The translations under genes and the position numbers were made by a program. The notes beneath the pieces were generated by a model. That model saw nothing but the letters and a program-made list of their open reading frames with translations. It was not told where the DNA came from and made no database searches. Below are positions 41,211 through 54,240 of a stretch of DNA of 64,000 nucleotides, piece by piece. Origin of the DNA: Thelocarpon superellum (lineage: Eukaryota); assembly GCA_026025795.1 (NCBI GenBank), contig JAPEUG010000042.1:1-64000 (forward strand), in the 5' to 3' direction. Each line of letters starts with the position of its first letter. The first letter of the stretch is position 1.

Positions 41211-43682
41211 ATGACTACGAGCACAGACACGCCGGCAATGGACGCGCAAGACGAAACAGCCAAAGACACGACCGATAGCCGACAACACGGCGCCGACTCC
41301 TTGGCAGACACCCGACCCGCCAACGCGACCGCAACAGCGACCGCGAAAGACCACCAGGCCGAGAAAGAGCCAATTCCCTCCTCGTCTCCGCGAAGAAGAA
41401 GCCATGATGTCGAAGAGGGACTGGGGGGGGAGAAAGCCTTGGACGAGAACAAGACGAACGGAAGCGAGACCGAAAAGGGCCAGGATGAAGACGAGTCGAC
41501 CAAAGACGAACCGAAACCCTCCGACCACGGAGAGGACCATGCTTACCAAGTCGGATGGGATGGCGACGAGGATCCGCAGAATCCGCGCTCGATGCACACG
41601 GCGCGCAAATGGGTCGTGGTGTTCCTTGTTGCCATGAGCTCGCTCTGCGTGTGAGTGGTGCTATCCTCATATGAGCAATCATCCCCTCCCTGCCTCCCCC
41701 TCCCTTCCTCCCCTTCCCCCCGTGCCCCGGCTACATCCCCTCGCCTACTACTTTTGATAGTATCATACATACTATCATACAAACCAAACCTACTAGGTCT
41801 GGTATGGACTCGTATGGAGACGCAAGAAGATCCTTGCTGACAAGGTCTACCTTCTGCAACAGAACGTGCACTTCGTCCATCTACACCTTCACCTACGACC
41901 AGATCGATGTCGAATTTGGCGTCTCGCGCATTGTGGCGACGCTGGGCTTGTCGCTGTTTGTCGTGGGCCTGGGTGTGGGACCGCTCGTGCTGGCTCCGCT
42001 CTCTGAGGTACGCCGCGTGGTGGAATACAAAACCCTGGCACACCTCCAGACGAACATCAAGATGAACATCAAGATGAACGTCAAGATGAACATCAAGATG
42101 ACCATCATGGACGATGAAACGTCAGAAGAATGAGATCAAAGCTGATGACTCTCCCAGTTCTACGGACGTCGTCCCATCTATATCTTCAGCCTGGCCCTCT
42201 TCTTCATCTGGATCATCCCCAGTGCCGTGGCGACCAACATCCAGACGATGCTCATCGCGCGCTTTCTGGACGGCGTTGCCGGTAGTACCTTTCTCAGCGT
42301 TGCCGGCGGCACTGTGGGCGACATGTTCAACAAGGACGAACTACAAGCGCCCATGATGATCTATACCTCGTCGCCGTTCTTGGGACCCGTCATTGGGCCT
42401 GCCATTGGGGGCGCCATCAACCAATTCGCCAACTGGTATGGGATTCTCCACGTCTTCTCTGCAGTGCTTCCATCGCATCTCATGTCGCGCGCAACACTGA
42501 CGGTTTCAGGCGTTGGACCTTCTACGTCCTGCTCATCTGGTCCGGAGTGCTCTGGATAGCGACGGTCCTTTTCGTCCCCGAAACGTACCATCCTGTGCTG
42601 CTCCATCGCAAAGCGATCAGACTCCGCCGTGAGACGGGCAATGCCGAATGGTACGCTCCGATTGAGAAACACGATCGGTCCATCCCCAAGACCATCGCGT
42701 GGTCGTTGATCCGACCCTTTGAGCTCCTCATCTTCGAGCCCATGTGCCTGAATCTCTGTCTCTACTCGGCCTTGATTCTCGGCATCCTGTACCTCTTCTT
42801 CGGCGCCTTTGGCTTGATCTTTGAGAACCATTACCACTTTGAGCTCTTTCAGGTAGGCCTGAGCTTCATCGGCATGCTGGTCGGCATGTTCATCGCCATC
42901 GCCACCGTGCCCCTCTTCGGCCGGCATCGCCAGTACTTGGTGGCGCAGCGTGAAGCGGCCGGCGGCGAGCACGGAGGCAGCGAGCCGGAATTTCGTCTCC
43001 CGCCCGCCATGGTCGGCGGCGTGCTGATCCCCGTCGGACTATTTTGGTTTGCGTGGACCGTCGATCCCTCCATCCCTTGGATTGTGCCCATTATTGGCAG
43101 CGCCTTCTTCGGCATGGGGTGGGTTACCCCTTCCTCCCTCCCCCTGCTCCCCGTTCCCGCCTCATCGTGGCGTGCCACTGACCCCATGTTGCCACCCGCG
43201 TAGAACCGTGCTCATCTTCTCTGGCATCTTCACTTTCCTGGTTGATGCATATCCCTTGTACGCTGCCAGCGCCTTGGCGGCCAACAGCTTCGCCCGAAGC
43301 GCCTTCGCGGCCGCCTTTCCCCTGTTTGGATTGCAGGTCAGTCTCGCTCGAGCACCGGGCACAGATGCGCCGCACTAGACGACCGCGCTGCGCTGACCAT
43401 GGGCCTCGACAGATGTATGAGAAGCTCGGCTACGCGTGGGCGAGCTCGCTGTTAGCTTTCTTGACGCTCGCCATGACGCCCTTCCCGTAAGTTGCCCGCC
43501 CGCTGCGCCGCGCCCTTGTCCGGCCTTCCGGCATCCAAGACGAGATGGATGATGGACGGAGATGCGGGATGGGGGGCCTGTTGCTTGAAATCTACGCTAA
43601 CCAGGTGACGAACAGCTTCCTCTTCTTCCGCTACGGCAAGCGTATCCGTGGCACCAGCCGATATGCATCCGCATCTTCTTGA
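41211..43682 (+). CDS. MFS transporter, DHA1 (drug:H+ antiporter) type, multi-exon
   Basis: VGWDGDEDPQNPRSM..ARKW, GPLVLAPLSE|FYGRRP, VAGGTVGDMF, PETYHPVLL, EPEFRLPPAMVGG, DAYPLYAASALAANSFARS; ends FFRYGKRIRGTSRYASASS*. Confidence 0.9.
42051..42100. repeat. 12-bp tandem repeat (GAACATCAAGAT)~4 inside an MFS intron
   Basis: Directly visible. Confidence 0.85.
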
Positions 43683-44122
43683 GCGCATGTTCAGCTCGCC
43701 GGAAGTCGGTCGCTGAGACATGCTTGCGCACTGCTCCCCCCACTCGGCCTGCGGATGCTTATGTGGATCGGACAAGAAGGGAGGGAGGGAGGGAGGCAGG
43801 GAGGGAGGGAGGGAAGCCCACGCCCCCGCGGCGGGTCGCTCCCCAGCCGAGGAGCCAGGGGCGAGGGGATCATGATGTGCCTATCCGTACTAGGCCGAAG
43901 CAGGGCCCAGGCAAGATTCTGACGAGGTAGGCAAAGCGACGAGAGCGTTGAGAGCGGCCAATCGTGGGCAGACGTCGTGCCAAGGGCTGTCCCGGCGCAA
44001 CGGATAGGACCCAAATGGTCAGGGTGGCGTCGAAGATGCTGAACGACATGGAACCCTGTCGAGCCTTGCGTCGACGGCGACTTCTTTGCGGTGTAGCGTA
44101 GCATGGCCGTCGTCACGACGGC

Positions 44123-44154
<32 letters not shown>

Positions 44155-47100
44155 TCAGAGGCCAGAAGCGGAAGCTGCGGCTGCCGTGTCGCGCGCGTCC
44201 CAACAAATGCATTGGTCGGGGTACGAGAGACACCATCCTAGCCGTCCTGGCCATCCTGGTGCTTATCCTTGCATGCATCCTTGCGTGCATCACGCGAGTT
44301 ATTCTTGTGTCGCCACGCAGCAGCCTCCTGACCCCGAGCGCCGGATACTGGACGCTGGGCGCCGGATGATGGCGCCTACCTCGACAGCGACGTCGCGATC
44401 TTGCTCTGGCGGTGTCGCTTGCAGCTTCGGCGACGACGCTGAGTGGGCAGGGCTCCGATCGCGGCCACCTTGAAGTTGGTCTGTGCGATCGAACTGCGTT
44501 CTCAGAGCGGTCAGATGCAGGCCCGGACCCGAGCGAGCGGTCATGTTTGAGCTGCACCTCTTTGGGGACGGCCACGGCGACCGGCGACCGGCGCCGCTGC
44601 ACCGCCGGTCAGGCTACTGGGAACGCCCTCAGCCCAGGTTGTTGCCGCTCTTGGGTGCATTCATGCCAGAGTGATGGACTAACATCGTACTTGCAAGTCT
44701 AGCAGGAAGCTGTCATGGATGCAAAGCAATATGATTGATTGCACCAAAGGGCGCACCCTGCCGTTTTCCACGCCGGCCCCGCTAAGCACCAGTGCCGTGG
44801 TGGGAGACGAGACACTTGGGCCTCGCTACCGAGCGCTCTGGGCATGGCTCGACCGTCGAGAGCGCCACGGTCCAAGGAAGTTGGGGGCTCCACGAATCGG
44901 CCCCGTACTTCGTGCGTGTGCGCACCAGGATTGGTACTCGTACTCGTACGCCACGAGTAACATCCTCGTAGGACCCTGTGCCCGTCCCTGTCCTAGCCCT
45001 ACTCCGCTGTTCGCGCACCTCTTAGCTCGGGCCTTGTCAACGAGAGTAGGCCCAGCCGACCCCGCCACAGCCGAAGAGCTGCGCACCGTCAGGCACAGGC
45101 GATCGCGTCCATCGACACCGGGACTCCTCCCCATCCTCCCACGCCCGCTGGCTGGGAGGGCGGCCCAGACGACCTTGAGGCTGTGAGGGAACCCACGTCG
45201 CCCAGGTCGATGTCGCCGCCCTAGTGCGTCACCCATCCTCTGGACTGATTCGCCTGTGGTCGGGCACTTGTCATGGCGTAGGCCCCTTCTCCGTCCGACC
45301 CAGCAATCAGGCCCCACGGCTCACGGCCCACGCCAGTGCCTCGCTCCCGCTGCCGCTGCCGCTGCGGCTGCGAGTCATGGGTGCTGTCAGGCCACGAACC
45401 GAGCGTCGACCTCCACCGTCCGTGGTCCACTCGACACTTCCACCACTTCCCCGTCCACCACCGACCACCCACCGTAGACCGAGACCGAGAGGCCGAGACC
45501 GCACGCGCTGTGGATCGGTGATCTCACGTCCTTCGACTGATTCAGGGCCGCCAGGTCCTCGGAGTTCGTAGGCATCGCATCACTAGCGGCCGCGGTGAAT
45601 GTCATTGTCCGGCTGTCAGGACGGTCGCGCTCCACTGAAACGGAAAGAGAGCATCTGCAAGTCTCAGACGGAATCCAACCAGCGCGCACCTCGCAGCGTC
45701 CGCATCGCAAATGGGCGGTGCGCACCGTATCGCCTCTGGACCAGTCGCGGATGTATGTGGAAAGTACTCCTACTGCCTTCCTACATACATGACGCACTTG
45801 CGCTCTGCACGCGTGAGACATGCTCGGTCCTCATTGACATCGGCCGCAAAAGGCGATGCCAAAGCGAGCCGACGCCTCTGCCTCCACCCATGCCCACGCC
45901 CACGCCCACGCCAACGCCCACGCCAGTGCCATTGTCGGTGCCGAGAGCTGGCCGGACAGCCCCTCCTTCGCCTTCGGGACTCTCCGGCCCCTCCCCGACG
46001 CGCGCGACGCATCTCCCTTGACATGACATCCATCACTTGGACGTGTACGCCCACACTCGCTGCTACGCTATAGTCGTACGTGCAACACCACTGGCCCTGC
46101 TCAGCTGGTGCCAGAACCACGCTTGCAGCTGTGCAGCACATCGAGAGGGAAGCCGCGCCGGGAGCTTGTCACGTCTTGCGTGCTCGCGCCGTCGCGCACC
46201 TGTTCCTGTTCCTGTTCCTGCTCCTGCTCCTTCCCCTGCTGCTGCTGCTGCGGTCCTTGTTCGCCCTCGAACTTGCCGCTCGAACCCTGCATCTGGCACA
46301 ATTGGACACGACAGGCTCCTTCCATTGCTCCCCACCCATGGGCGCTGTGACCACGCCTCACGACGAGCCTTCTCCGTCGTCCGCGTAGCTCGATTCGACT
46401 CCACTCGACGCAACTCCCCCCACTTTACCTCGATCCCACCTGGTGCGAAGACTGTGCAGGGCAAGGCGACGCGGTGGACGTAGACGGAACAAGTAATTCA
46501 CCATCCCTACCATTCCCCCCACCCTTCACCCTCCACCACATCGCCCCATCACCCTCCCCCCTACCGACGCCACTTGAACGCCGCCAATCCGGGCCCTCCG
46601 TCATCGCCCGTCGCCCGTCGCCCGTCGCCCGTCGCCCGTCGCCCCCCGTGGTACGCCAGTGGGACCACAGCGCGGTGGCATCGTGGCTACACACACCCTC
46701 GACCGCCGATTGAACCTTGACCTTATTGCCCAAGCCCTGAGGCCCAAGGCCCGAGGCCCAAGGCCCAAGCTCAGGCCCCCAGGCCTGCGGCGGGTTTGAG
46801 TCGTCGCCGCCCTCCTGTCCTCTCTGCCCGCGCCGCCGCCACGCCGCCGCTTCGACTTGACCTTCTCCGCCGCTCGTCTCGGCCAGGTCCTGAGTGGCCG
46901 CCGCGCACTTGGTGTCGTCGCACCGCGTCCAGCGGTGCCTGTGTGCTTCGCGTGATCAGTGCTTTTGTTTCTACCCACCGCCCCGGGACTTATATCACAT
47001 TGGGCAGCATTCACTGGAGCATCGTCCGACTCTAGACGAACGCTCCGACTGAGGCCGCCCATCATTGGACCCTCGTCCCTGGGAAATTGCGGGTACTCAC

Positions 47101-47255
47101 CTGCACGCAACGTGGACGCGTGCTCGTTGGCCTAGGACCCATCGCCTTGTCCACCAATCGACCCTTGTCGTGGCCAGGCTCACCCCCAGCGCAGCGTCGG
47201 CGCATGCGGTGTGGGTGGCAGGGCCACCTTCCGTACCTGCGCGCGCGCACCCTCC

Positions 47256-49485
47256 ATGGCAGATAAGATGGAGCCCGACGTCGACGTCGATGATGACTCG
47301 GATCCTTCATCTGCCTCCTCCTCCGACGACCACGCCGACATGGGAAACCTGAGGGAGGACAAGGACATCGAGGTCCCCGACCAGACTGTATCCAACGCCG
47401 CTGCCAATGCTACTGCCACCACGGCCAGCCACGCCACTGCTTCCTCCACTGCCAAGGATCCGCTCCGACCGCGGCGCAAGAAAGCTCGCCGCGCCTGCTT
47501 TGCGTGCCAGCGCGCTCATCTCACGTGTGGTATGTCGACGCCTTGCTCCCGCCTGAAAGTGTCGGGCTCATCTCGCCGTGCGCAGGTGATGAGCGTCCGT
47601 GTCAACGATGTATCAAACGAGGCCTTCAAGACTCGTGTCATGATGGCATGCGGAAGAAAGCCAAGTATCTCCACGATGCCCCTAACGACGCCCTCATGCC
47701 GGGTATCGTCCCTGGGCCCGTGACCTCGCTGGGCGAGTACCGCCAGACCTTGCCCGTCTCCTCCACCATGTCCTCGCCCGAGACGCCTGGCCGCATAGCC
47801 AGTCAAGCGCAATTCTTTTCCCACCAGGCCGTCGTGGCCCCCGGCTTAGGTGTTCACTCACCCGCCGGTACCCAGGGTCAGATGGCGCCGCCGCTCCCAG
47901 ATTACGGAGGCCCCCCCATGGCGTCCGTCAGCGTGCCGCCGGGCAACGGCCATCCCTCGCTGCAGGGCCTGGCCGACCCGCTCCCGTCCCCGGTCGACGC
48001 GTTTGGGGGAGCGCTGCTTGATCCCGCGGACCCAGCGCTGTTCAACTTTGACCTGGCGAGCCTCAATTTTGGCAATCACTACGGCGCGCTGGAGTTTGGC
48101 ATGCTCGGACACATGTCCTCGGGCGCGGCTGACTTGTCGCCCGGACCGCCCGGCTTCTGGTCGGCGGGCGAGGCTACGTCGACATACGTGCAGAGTCCGG
48201 GGTCGGCGACCTTTGCCTTTGGCCCGGACACAGTCATGGAAGACTGGCCCAGCAACGCGCCATCGCGCCAAGGCAGTCTCGGCCGCATGTACCGGCCGGG
48301 CAACGGCGCGGGCAACGGTGATTTGCCCAGCCGACGACGGACGGCGAGCCTCGCGCACGGCTACACCATCGGGACGGGACCCAGCAGCTTGACGAGTCCG
48401 AGCAACACCTCGAGCCCGCCCGAGGTCGGCGTGGCCTTTGACCGCGGTGGCCCGGACGCCAGGCTCTTCCCGTCCAACTTCGTGGGCGGCGGTCAGGATG
48501 GCCTCGACCAGGTCGGAGCGCGGTCATACGATGCTGCGCTGGGCACGACGCACAATGCGTCGAATCCGCTGGAACTCCGTGGCACGATGGTCGAACCCGG
48601 ACAAGCGTCGGCATCGATCTACGACACTGTCAAAAGTCCGTATTCATACACCCAGGGCTTTCATCGACTGACAGCCTTCTTGCAAAGTCAGTTTTCGGCG
48701 CAGAAGCGACTTCGCGTAGCCAAGTCGCTCGGCGCCGTCCGGCCATCCTTCATCTCGTGTAACAAGGGGTTGAATCAGGACGACCTGCTCTTCATGGAGC
48801 AGTGCTTCCAGCGGACCCTGCAAGAGTTTGAGAGTCTGATCGATCGCTGCGGCACGCCCGTCATCGTCTGTCGACGCACGGGCGAGGTGGCGGCGGTGGG
48901 AGAAGCCTTTTCCATCCTGACGGGGTGGAAAAAGGAGGTCTTGCTCGGCCGTGAGCCGAACCGCAACATCAATCCGCGGGCGGGGTCGTCAGGCACGGGC
49001 ACGAGCGCGTCACGTGCCGGCTTCACCGCGCCACGCATCCCGGAGGGGTCCAAGACGGATGGCGTGGACGGGTCGTCGGCGCAACCGGTCTTGCTCGCCG
49101 AGCTGCTCGATCCCGACAGCGTGGTGGAGTTTTGGGAAGACTTTGCCAAGCTGGCGTACATCGATCCGCGCGGGTCGGCGCAGGGTCGATGCAAGCTCTA
49201 CAAATACAAGACGCGGATCGAGGACGTTGACGACGCGGGCGATGAGCGGGGCGCCGATGGGCGGGGGCACAGCGATGTGACGGGAGCACGGCGATCGTCG
49301 GTTGACCGTCTGGAGTCGGACGATGGCATGGTGGAATGTGCGTATTGCTGGACGGTCAAGCGGGACGTTTTTGATACCCCGATGATGATTGTCATGAACG
49401 TGAGTCGAGATGAAGCTGAGGTCAGATACGCCTCGCTGACGTGATGCTCTAGTTCCTTCCCTGTCCCTCGATCGCGATGAAATGA
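47256..49485 (+). CDS. acuK: Zn2Cys6 transcription activator of gluconeogenesis, AcuK/ERT1-like, with C-terminal PAS-like region; introns 47530-47585 and 49400-49452
   Basis: [114 protein letters not shown]. Confidence 0.88.
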
Positions 49486-49930
49486 TGGCATGACCCTGCT
49501 CGGACCAAAGCTGTGGAGATGATGCAAATGGCAGCGGCGGTGGCAGACGCAGTCGAACACGACGGTTGGCAACACATTGGGACAATTCCAGGCATGGGCA
49601 TTGGTCATTGGTCATTGGTCATCGGTCATCATGGTCGGCGTCAAACCTAGGCGGACGGGTAGGTGGGTCAAATAGGCGAGGCCTGAACGTCAGTGAGGGC
49701 CGAGGGAAGGACAGTCGAGGGACCATGTCCCGCACGGAGCACTTATCAGGCGTTGGCAGTTTGGGTAGAACCAAAAGAGGGGATTACGACCGCGATGAAA
49801 AGAGAGGACGTGTCGTTATGTCATCCAAAACCCCAGCGCTCATCTAAAGTCGTGATCATCATGGCCGTCTCCTCCCGCGGCACGCCCGCATCCATCTTTG
49901 ATCCCCAGACGAGGGCGGCATCGCTCGACG

Positions 49931-50749
49931 TCACAAGACAGAGCGTAAGTACTCGTCCGTTCTGAAAGCCTCATACGGCCCCCTAGCCAAGGAACGCCTT
50001 GCAACGTCGATATCGGTCCTGATATCATCCACGAGCGCCTCCTTGCTGACGTAGTCGAACTCGGGCCGAATCCGGCCCAGGATGACAACGTTGAGATGGT
50101 GGCGGTAGAAGTCGGCGGGGAAGGAAGCCAGGAGGTGTACTTCGACACTCCGCACGCTGTTCTTGAAGTGCGGGTTCCAGCCTATGCTCATGACCATTGG
50201 GTGGATGCTGAAGGTGCTCTCCTTATTCGTTGTGGTGGTGGTGGGGGTGGTGGTGGCAGGCCCAGAGGTGTCGTCGGTGGCGGGATAGACCGCGTCGTCG
50301 CTCAGCCCGGCCCATCCGTAGTACACGCCGCTTTCGACTTCTTCGTGTCCGCCCACGCTGAGTCCTTTGACGGGGATATTGGCCGTGGGGATGCCGAGCT
50401 GGGGCCCCCCCTACCCGTCAGTGTGTTCCGTCTGAGGTTCCCTCTCGTGCCCTTGTATTGTCCGAGGAGATTCGTTGGAAGAGGGAAGAAGGAGGAGAGT
50501 GAGAAGGAAAGAAGGTGACACGAAATTGGTGAGGTTGAGATTGAGGAAAACGAGAGAAAATGTATCAAGATATGGGCGAGAATGGAAGCTGGGAAAACAG
50601 TCAGGAGCAGGGTACACACAGATACATACCTCCTTGCTGCCCCTCCCAAACCCGGCAATAACCTCGCCCGAGACGCGAATCGGAAAAGGCGGTTCGGGTC
50701 CCGTGGGGGAACCGACGACGGTTTCGCGGGCGGTGGTCGGAGCGTACAT
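49931..50749 (-). CDS. FMN1: Riboflavin kinase; intron 50399-50629
   Basis: [61 protein letters not shown]. Confidence 0.93.
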
Positions 50750-51390
50750 TGTTTGATGGGATTGACGAGGCGCGGCGGGGCTGGGAGTGAAGCACGATAT
50801 CGTGAAGTCGCGGAGCGGGGATGGATCGGACCAAGATGGAACTGCAATGCAAATGAAATCTATGACTCTATCGATGTTTCATCTAGAGTGCTTCCGCTTC
50901 AATATGCGACGGATGGAGCGTCTCGGGGTTGAAAGACTCTTGATGGGTGGAGCAAGACGTAAGACGAGCGGGCGTCTTGGTGATTCGTCTCGACTGACTC
51001 GTGGTTGGTAGGCGTCAGGTCAGCCACGTTTCGGTGTCGGAGCTGTTTCTCTGTTGCGCGATGAGCTTTCATCCGTCAGGTACATCTGCGCCAGAGAACT
51101 ACGATACAGTGGTGAATCTTCGTCCTTGCTCGCACACACTCTTCACACTGTTTGGCTCTACAAAGCGCCACGTGGAAGAAGCCCGCTGATACTTCTCGAT
51201 GTTAGACGACATGTCTACTCTGCGTGTGCCAATGGCTGAATCAATCAACCATCTACATGTGGTCCGAGTACGGAGACTGTTCCCTGGCTAGATGCCTCGG
51301 GCTCACCCTTACTTCCTCTTCATTCCTCTCAATTCCTCCTCCCGCCTCCACCTCCGTTATCCATTTGAATATACCTCTCCGACAAACGTC

Positions 51391-52278
51391 CTAGGTCTCC
51401 TTCGCCCACTGCTTTCCGCTCCATAGTCGCCCTGTCGTCCACAGCCAGTAATCCGGCCCTTGATCAGCCACAGCAGGAAGCTAGGCAACTGATACCCCAT
51501 GGCGGCACCAACGCCCTGGTTCTTTCCAACCGGCACCAAGTGCGTCTCGCGAGTATCCTCCTTGAACACTCGGTCATCACCGACAGAGCCCCCCTCCCTC
51601 CCGGCAGCCAGCAGTAAATCACGCTTGATGTTTGCGCACAGGACAGGGATGGCGTTGCAGATGGAATGGACGGCCGGTCGCGCGGACGAGGCCACATCGC
51701 CGACGGCGTAGACGCGAGGCCCGGCCCCATCCACACGCAGGGTCGAGGCGTTCGTATCAACACGCTTGTCTGACGTGAGGAGCGCTTCGACGATGAAGGT
51801 GGTGGGTGTTGAGACTCGTGCCGGTTGCGGGAATACACAGGTCGGCTTCCAGCGTCTTTCCATCCGCGAGCGTCAGCGCTGCCTTGGACGTGAGGGCATT
51901 GTCGGTCCCTGCGCCCTGTGGCGCCACGGTCTCGACTCGCGCGTCCTTGATGACGGCGACGCCGACCTTGGCGAGATATGCCTCGGCTTTCCTCGCGATG
52001 GTGGGTCGTAGGACGGGCAAAATCTCCGAGCCGGCTGTCACGACGGTGATGGAGACCGTGGGGTGCTCCAGCTTGCCGTTGAACCAACCCGCGCGACCAT
52101 TCAGGTATTCGCCGAGCTCCCCGGCCGTCTCGACGCCCGCAGGTCCTCCGCCGGCAATCACGATGCTCTGCGCACTCGGCAGAGCTTCCCGGAACGCGAT
52201 CCAGCTCGTGCGCAGGCGCTCGTCGTCTCGATTCAGACTAAGCAAGGGAGAAGGTGTCGATGCGCCAGTGGCGATCAC
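51391..52278 (-). pseudogene. AIF/AMID-like FAD-dependent oxidoreductase pseudogene (two frameshifts, N-terminus missing)
   Basis: VIATGA..., IVIAGGGPAGVETAGELG, RVYAVGDV motifs split across frames. Shift near 51800 (extra CACC); shift near 51453, where adding one G restores KGRDYWLW..WSGKQWAKET*. No first Rossmann motif upstream. Confidence 0.75.
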
Positions 52279-53124
52279 GTGGCGGCTTGGAATGAGTGAA
52301 AGCCAGAGAAAATGGCAAGGAGTAGAATATCGATAGATGCTAGATACAGATTGCCAGCAGCTGCACCCGGGCGTCGCATTTAAGATACGAGGAGTAAGAG
52401 CTCACCCCCTATACCAATCGTTGCGGTCGTCGGCGTGATGAGCCAACTGACCGACCTGCTGAACAATCACCCGCGTCCCGCGCTATACGCGATCTCCGAC
52501 GCCCCAGGCACATGACGCCACGCGCACCTAGCGAACAGAAGGCGAGGTAGCGAGTAAAGCTGCCATTGTAGGAGCGCGCACGTGGTCTGGTCACGTGCCC
52601 ACTCCTATTAGTATCCCAGACTACGCGTAGATTAGCAATTCAGCTCTGATTCCTACAACATAGAAGAACCGTCGGGACCGGGACCGGGAACCGAGGAACG
52701 GTGTGCCGGAGCGACGTGGGCGGACGGAAGCGATGAAGCACCCTCCAGTCCAGTGAAAGGCTGCGCGTACGCGGGCCTCCTAGGTCGTAGAGGGAGGCGT
52801 GATTCGCAAAGAAACCTCTGTTATGGTGTGAGGGCGTGAGGCAGCCTGGAACGCATGGTTTCAAGTTGCCCATGAATCGCCCCTGTGGTTGCTGGTTGGG
52901 GGCCATGCGTCTCATCTTAGGAGCTAGAATAGAAACATTGAGGCATATGCCAGCAAACGCATGACGTACAAGGGGCGAGTCTTGCTTCCCCATCTTCACG
53001 ATGGCTACATATTAGAGATTCCTCGGAGAATCCAGCGCGAGGCATCGCGCTGTCAACATTCTCGATGGTGGCTTATCGTCCTGCTGTCCTTCATCCGCCC
53101 ACGCCCGGGCGCTTGTGACGCGAG

Positions 53125-54240
53125 ATGAAGCTCGAAACGCTCTGGTCGATGACTTTCATTGCCGTGCTCACGCTGCCTCGATTTGGATGTGGACAAGTGC
53201 AGCCACAAGCGACAGCGCTCACATCAATCCTGAAGACGTCCAAACCAGTCCAATTATTGGACAAACAAGACGCTTCCGACGCTTCCGACGCCGTCCCAGG
53301 CGAAAAGAGCTCTGGAAAGAGGGTGATGTTTTTACTCCAAGACGGGGTGATCCGGACAGACTATGGAGATGGAGAGACCAAAGTGACCCAGGCAGATGGA
53401 ACGACAGAACACCATTACCCCGATGGAAGTACGGTGACCGTTAGCGAAGATGGACGCACTCGCACCATCACGAATACCGACGGCTCGAAAACCACCACCA
53501 CCACGGAGCCGGAGCGAAGCGTGAGCCTGAAGCGATTTCAGAATCCGGACGGCTCCTACAATTTCAGAGTCGTGGTCGGCTACGCCAGAACATCCAAGGG
53601 ACGAGTCACGCAAAATCTCCTTGAAATTGAGTGGGTCTATGGGGACCATGGTCCGGTGGTATACGTCGGCATCAATCGACCAAGCTTTAGCGCGCTGACA
53701 GTCCCACGAGATCTCGCGGCCAAGTCCGCGTACGAGAGGGCCCTGAAGGAAAAATGGGTCGCCGAAAATGATCGGATCCTGAGTATGCAAGATGGCTACA
53801 TAATGGAAGCACTCGCCGCCGCCCGTGGCCAGAACGGGGCGGGTATCACCGATGTCAGCTTCACGAAAGCGCTGCTGGAGCGTTTCCTGGGACAACTTCC
53901 CGATGTCGCCCAAAAACAGTTCGACGGAGTGCAAGAAGGATCCTCGACAAAAGCCCCATATGTTCGCATAGACAGCTGGATTGGGGGCCCAAATGGGCCG
54001 AAAGGGTCGAAAGGGGTATCGAGGCCGACGATAAGCACGACAAGTGTCTGGGACCTAAGTGCTTGGGAGCCCAAGGAGGTCGCCCCAGTCGCCCCAGTCG
54101 AGGTCGACCCAGCTGAGGTCGCGAGTGCTTGGGAGCCCAAGGAGGTCGCCCCAGTCGCCCCAGTCGAGGTCGACCCAGCTGAGGTCGCGAAAGGTATTGG
54201 AAACGTGGGCAACCGGGCCCCCAACCCCATCTCCGCGTAA
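53125..54240 (+). CDS. Orphan secreted protein, 371 aa, intronless, with xDG beta-hairpin repeats and a duplicated C-terminal 22-aa unit
   Basis: Signal-peptide-like MKLETLWSMTFIAVLTLPRFGCG-Q; QDG/GDG/ADG/PDG/EDG/TDG repeats about every 9-10 aa; SAWEPKEVAPVAPVEVDPAEVA x2. Confidence 0.7.
   Translation: MKLETLWSMTFIAVLTLPRFGCGQVQPQATALTSILKTSKPVQLLDKQDASDASDAVPGEKSSGKRVMFLLQDGVIRTDYGDGETKVTQADGTTEHHYPDGSTVTVSEDGRTRTITNTDGSKTTTTTEPERSVSLKRFQNPDGSYNFRVVVGYARTSKGRVTQNLLEIEWVYGDHGPVVYVGINRPSFSALTVPRDLAAKSAYERALKEKWVAENDRILSMQDGYIMEALAAARGQNGAGITDVSFTKALLERFLGQLPDVAQKQFDGVQEGSSTKAPYVRIDSWIGGPNGPKGSKGVSRPTISTTSVWDLSAWEPKEVAPVAPVEVDPAEVASAWEPKEVAPVAPVEVDPAEVAKGIGNVGNRAPNPISA
54058..54189. repeat. 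66-bp direct tandem duplication within the CDS
   Basis: AGTGCTTGGGAGCCCAAGG...GAGGTCGCG starts at 54058 and 54124. Confidence 0.95.

Noticed and set aside
43691..47200. Many overlapping 60-300 aa ORFs between the MFS gene and acuK
   Set aside because: Low-complexity GC-rich regulatory/UTR DNA with no recognisable domains
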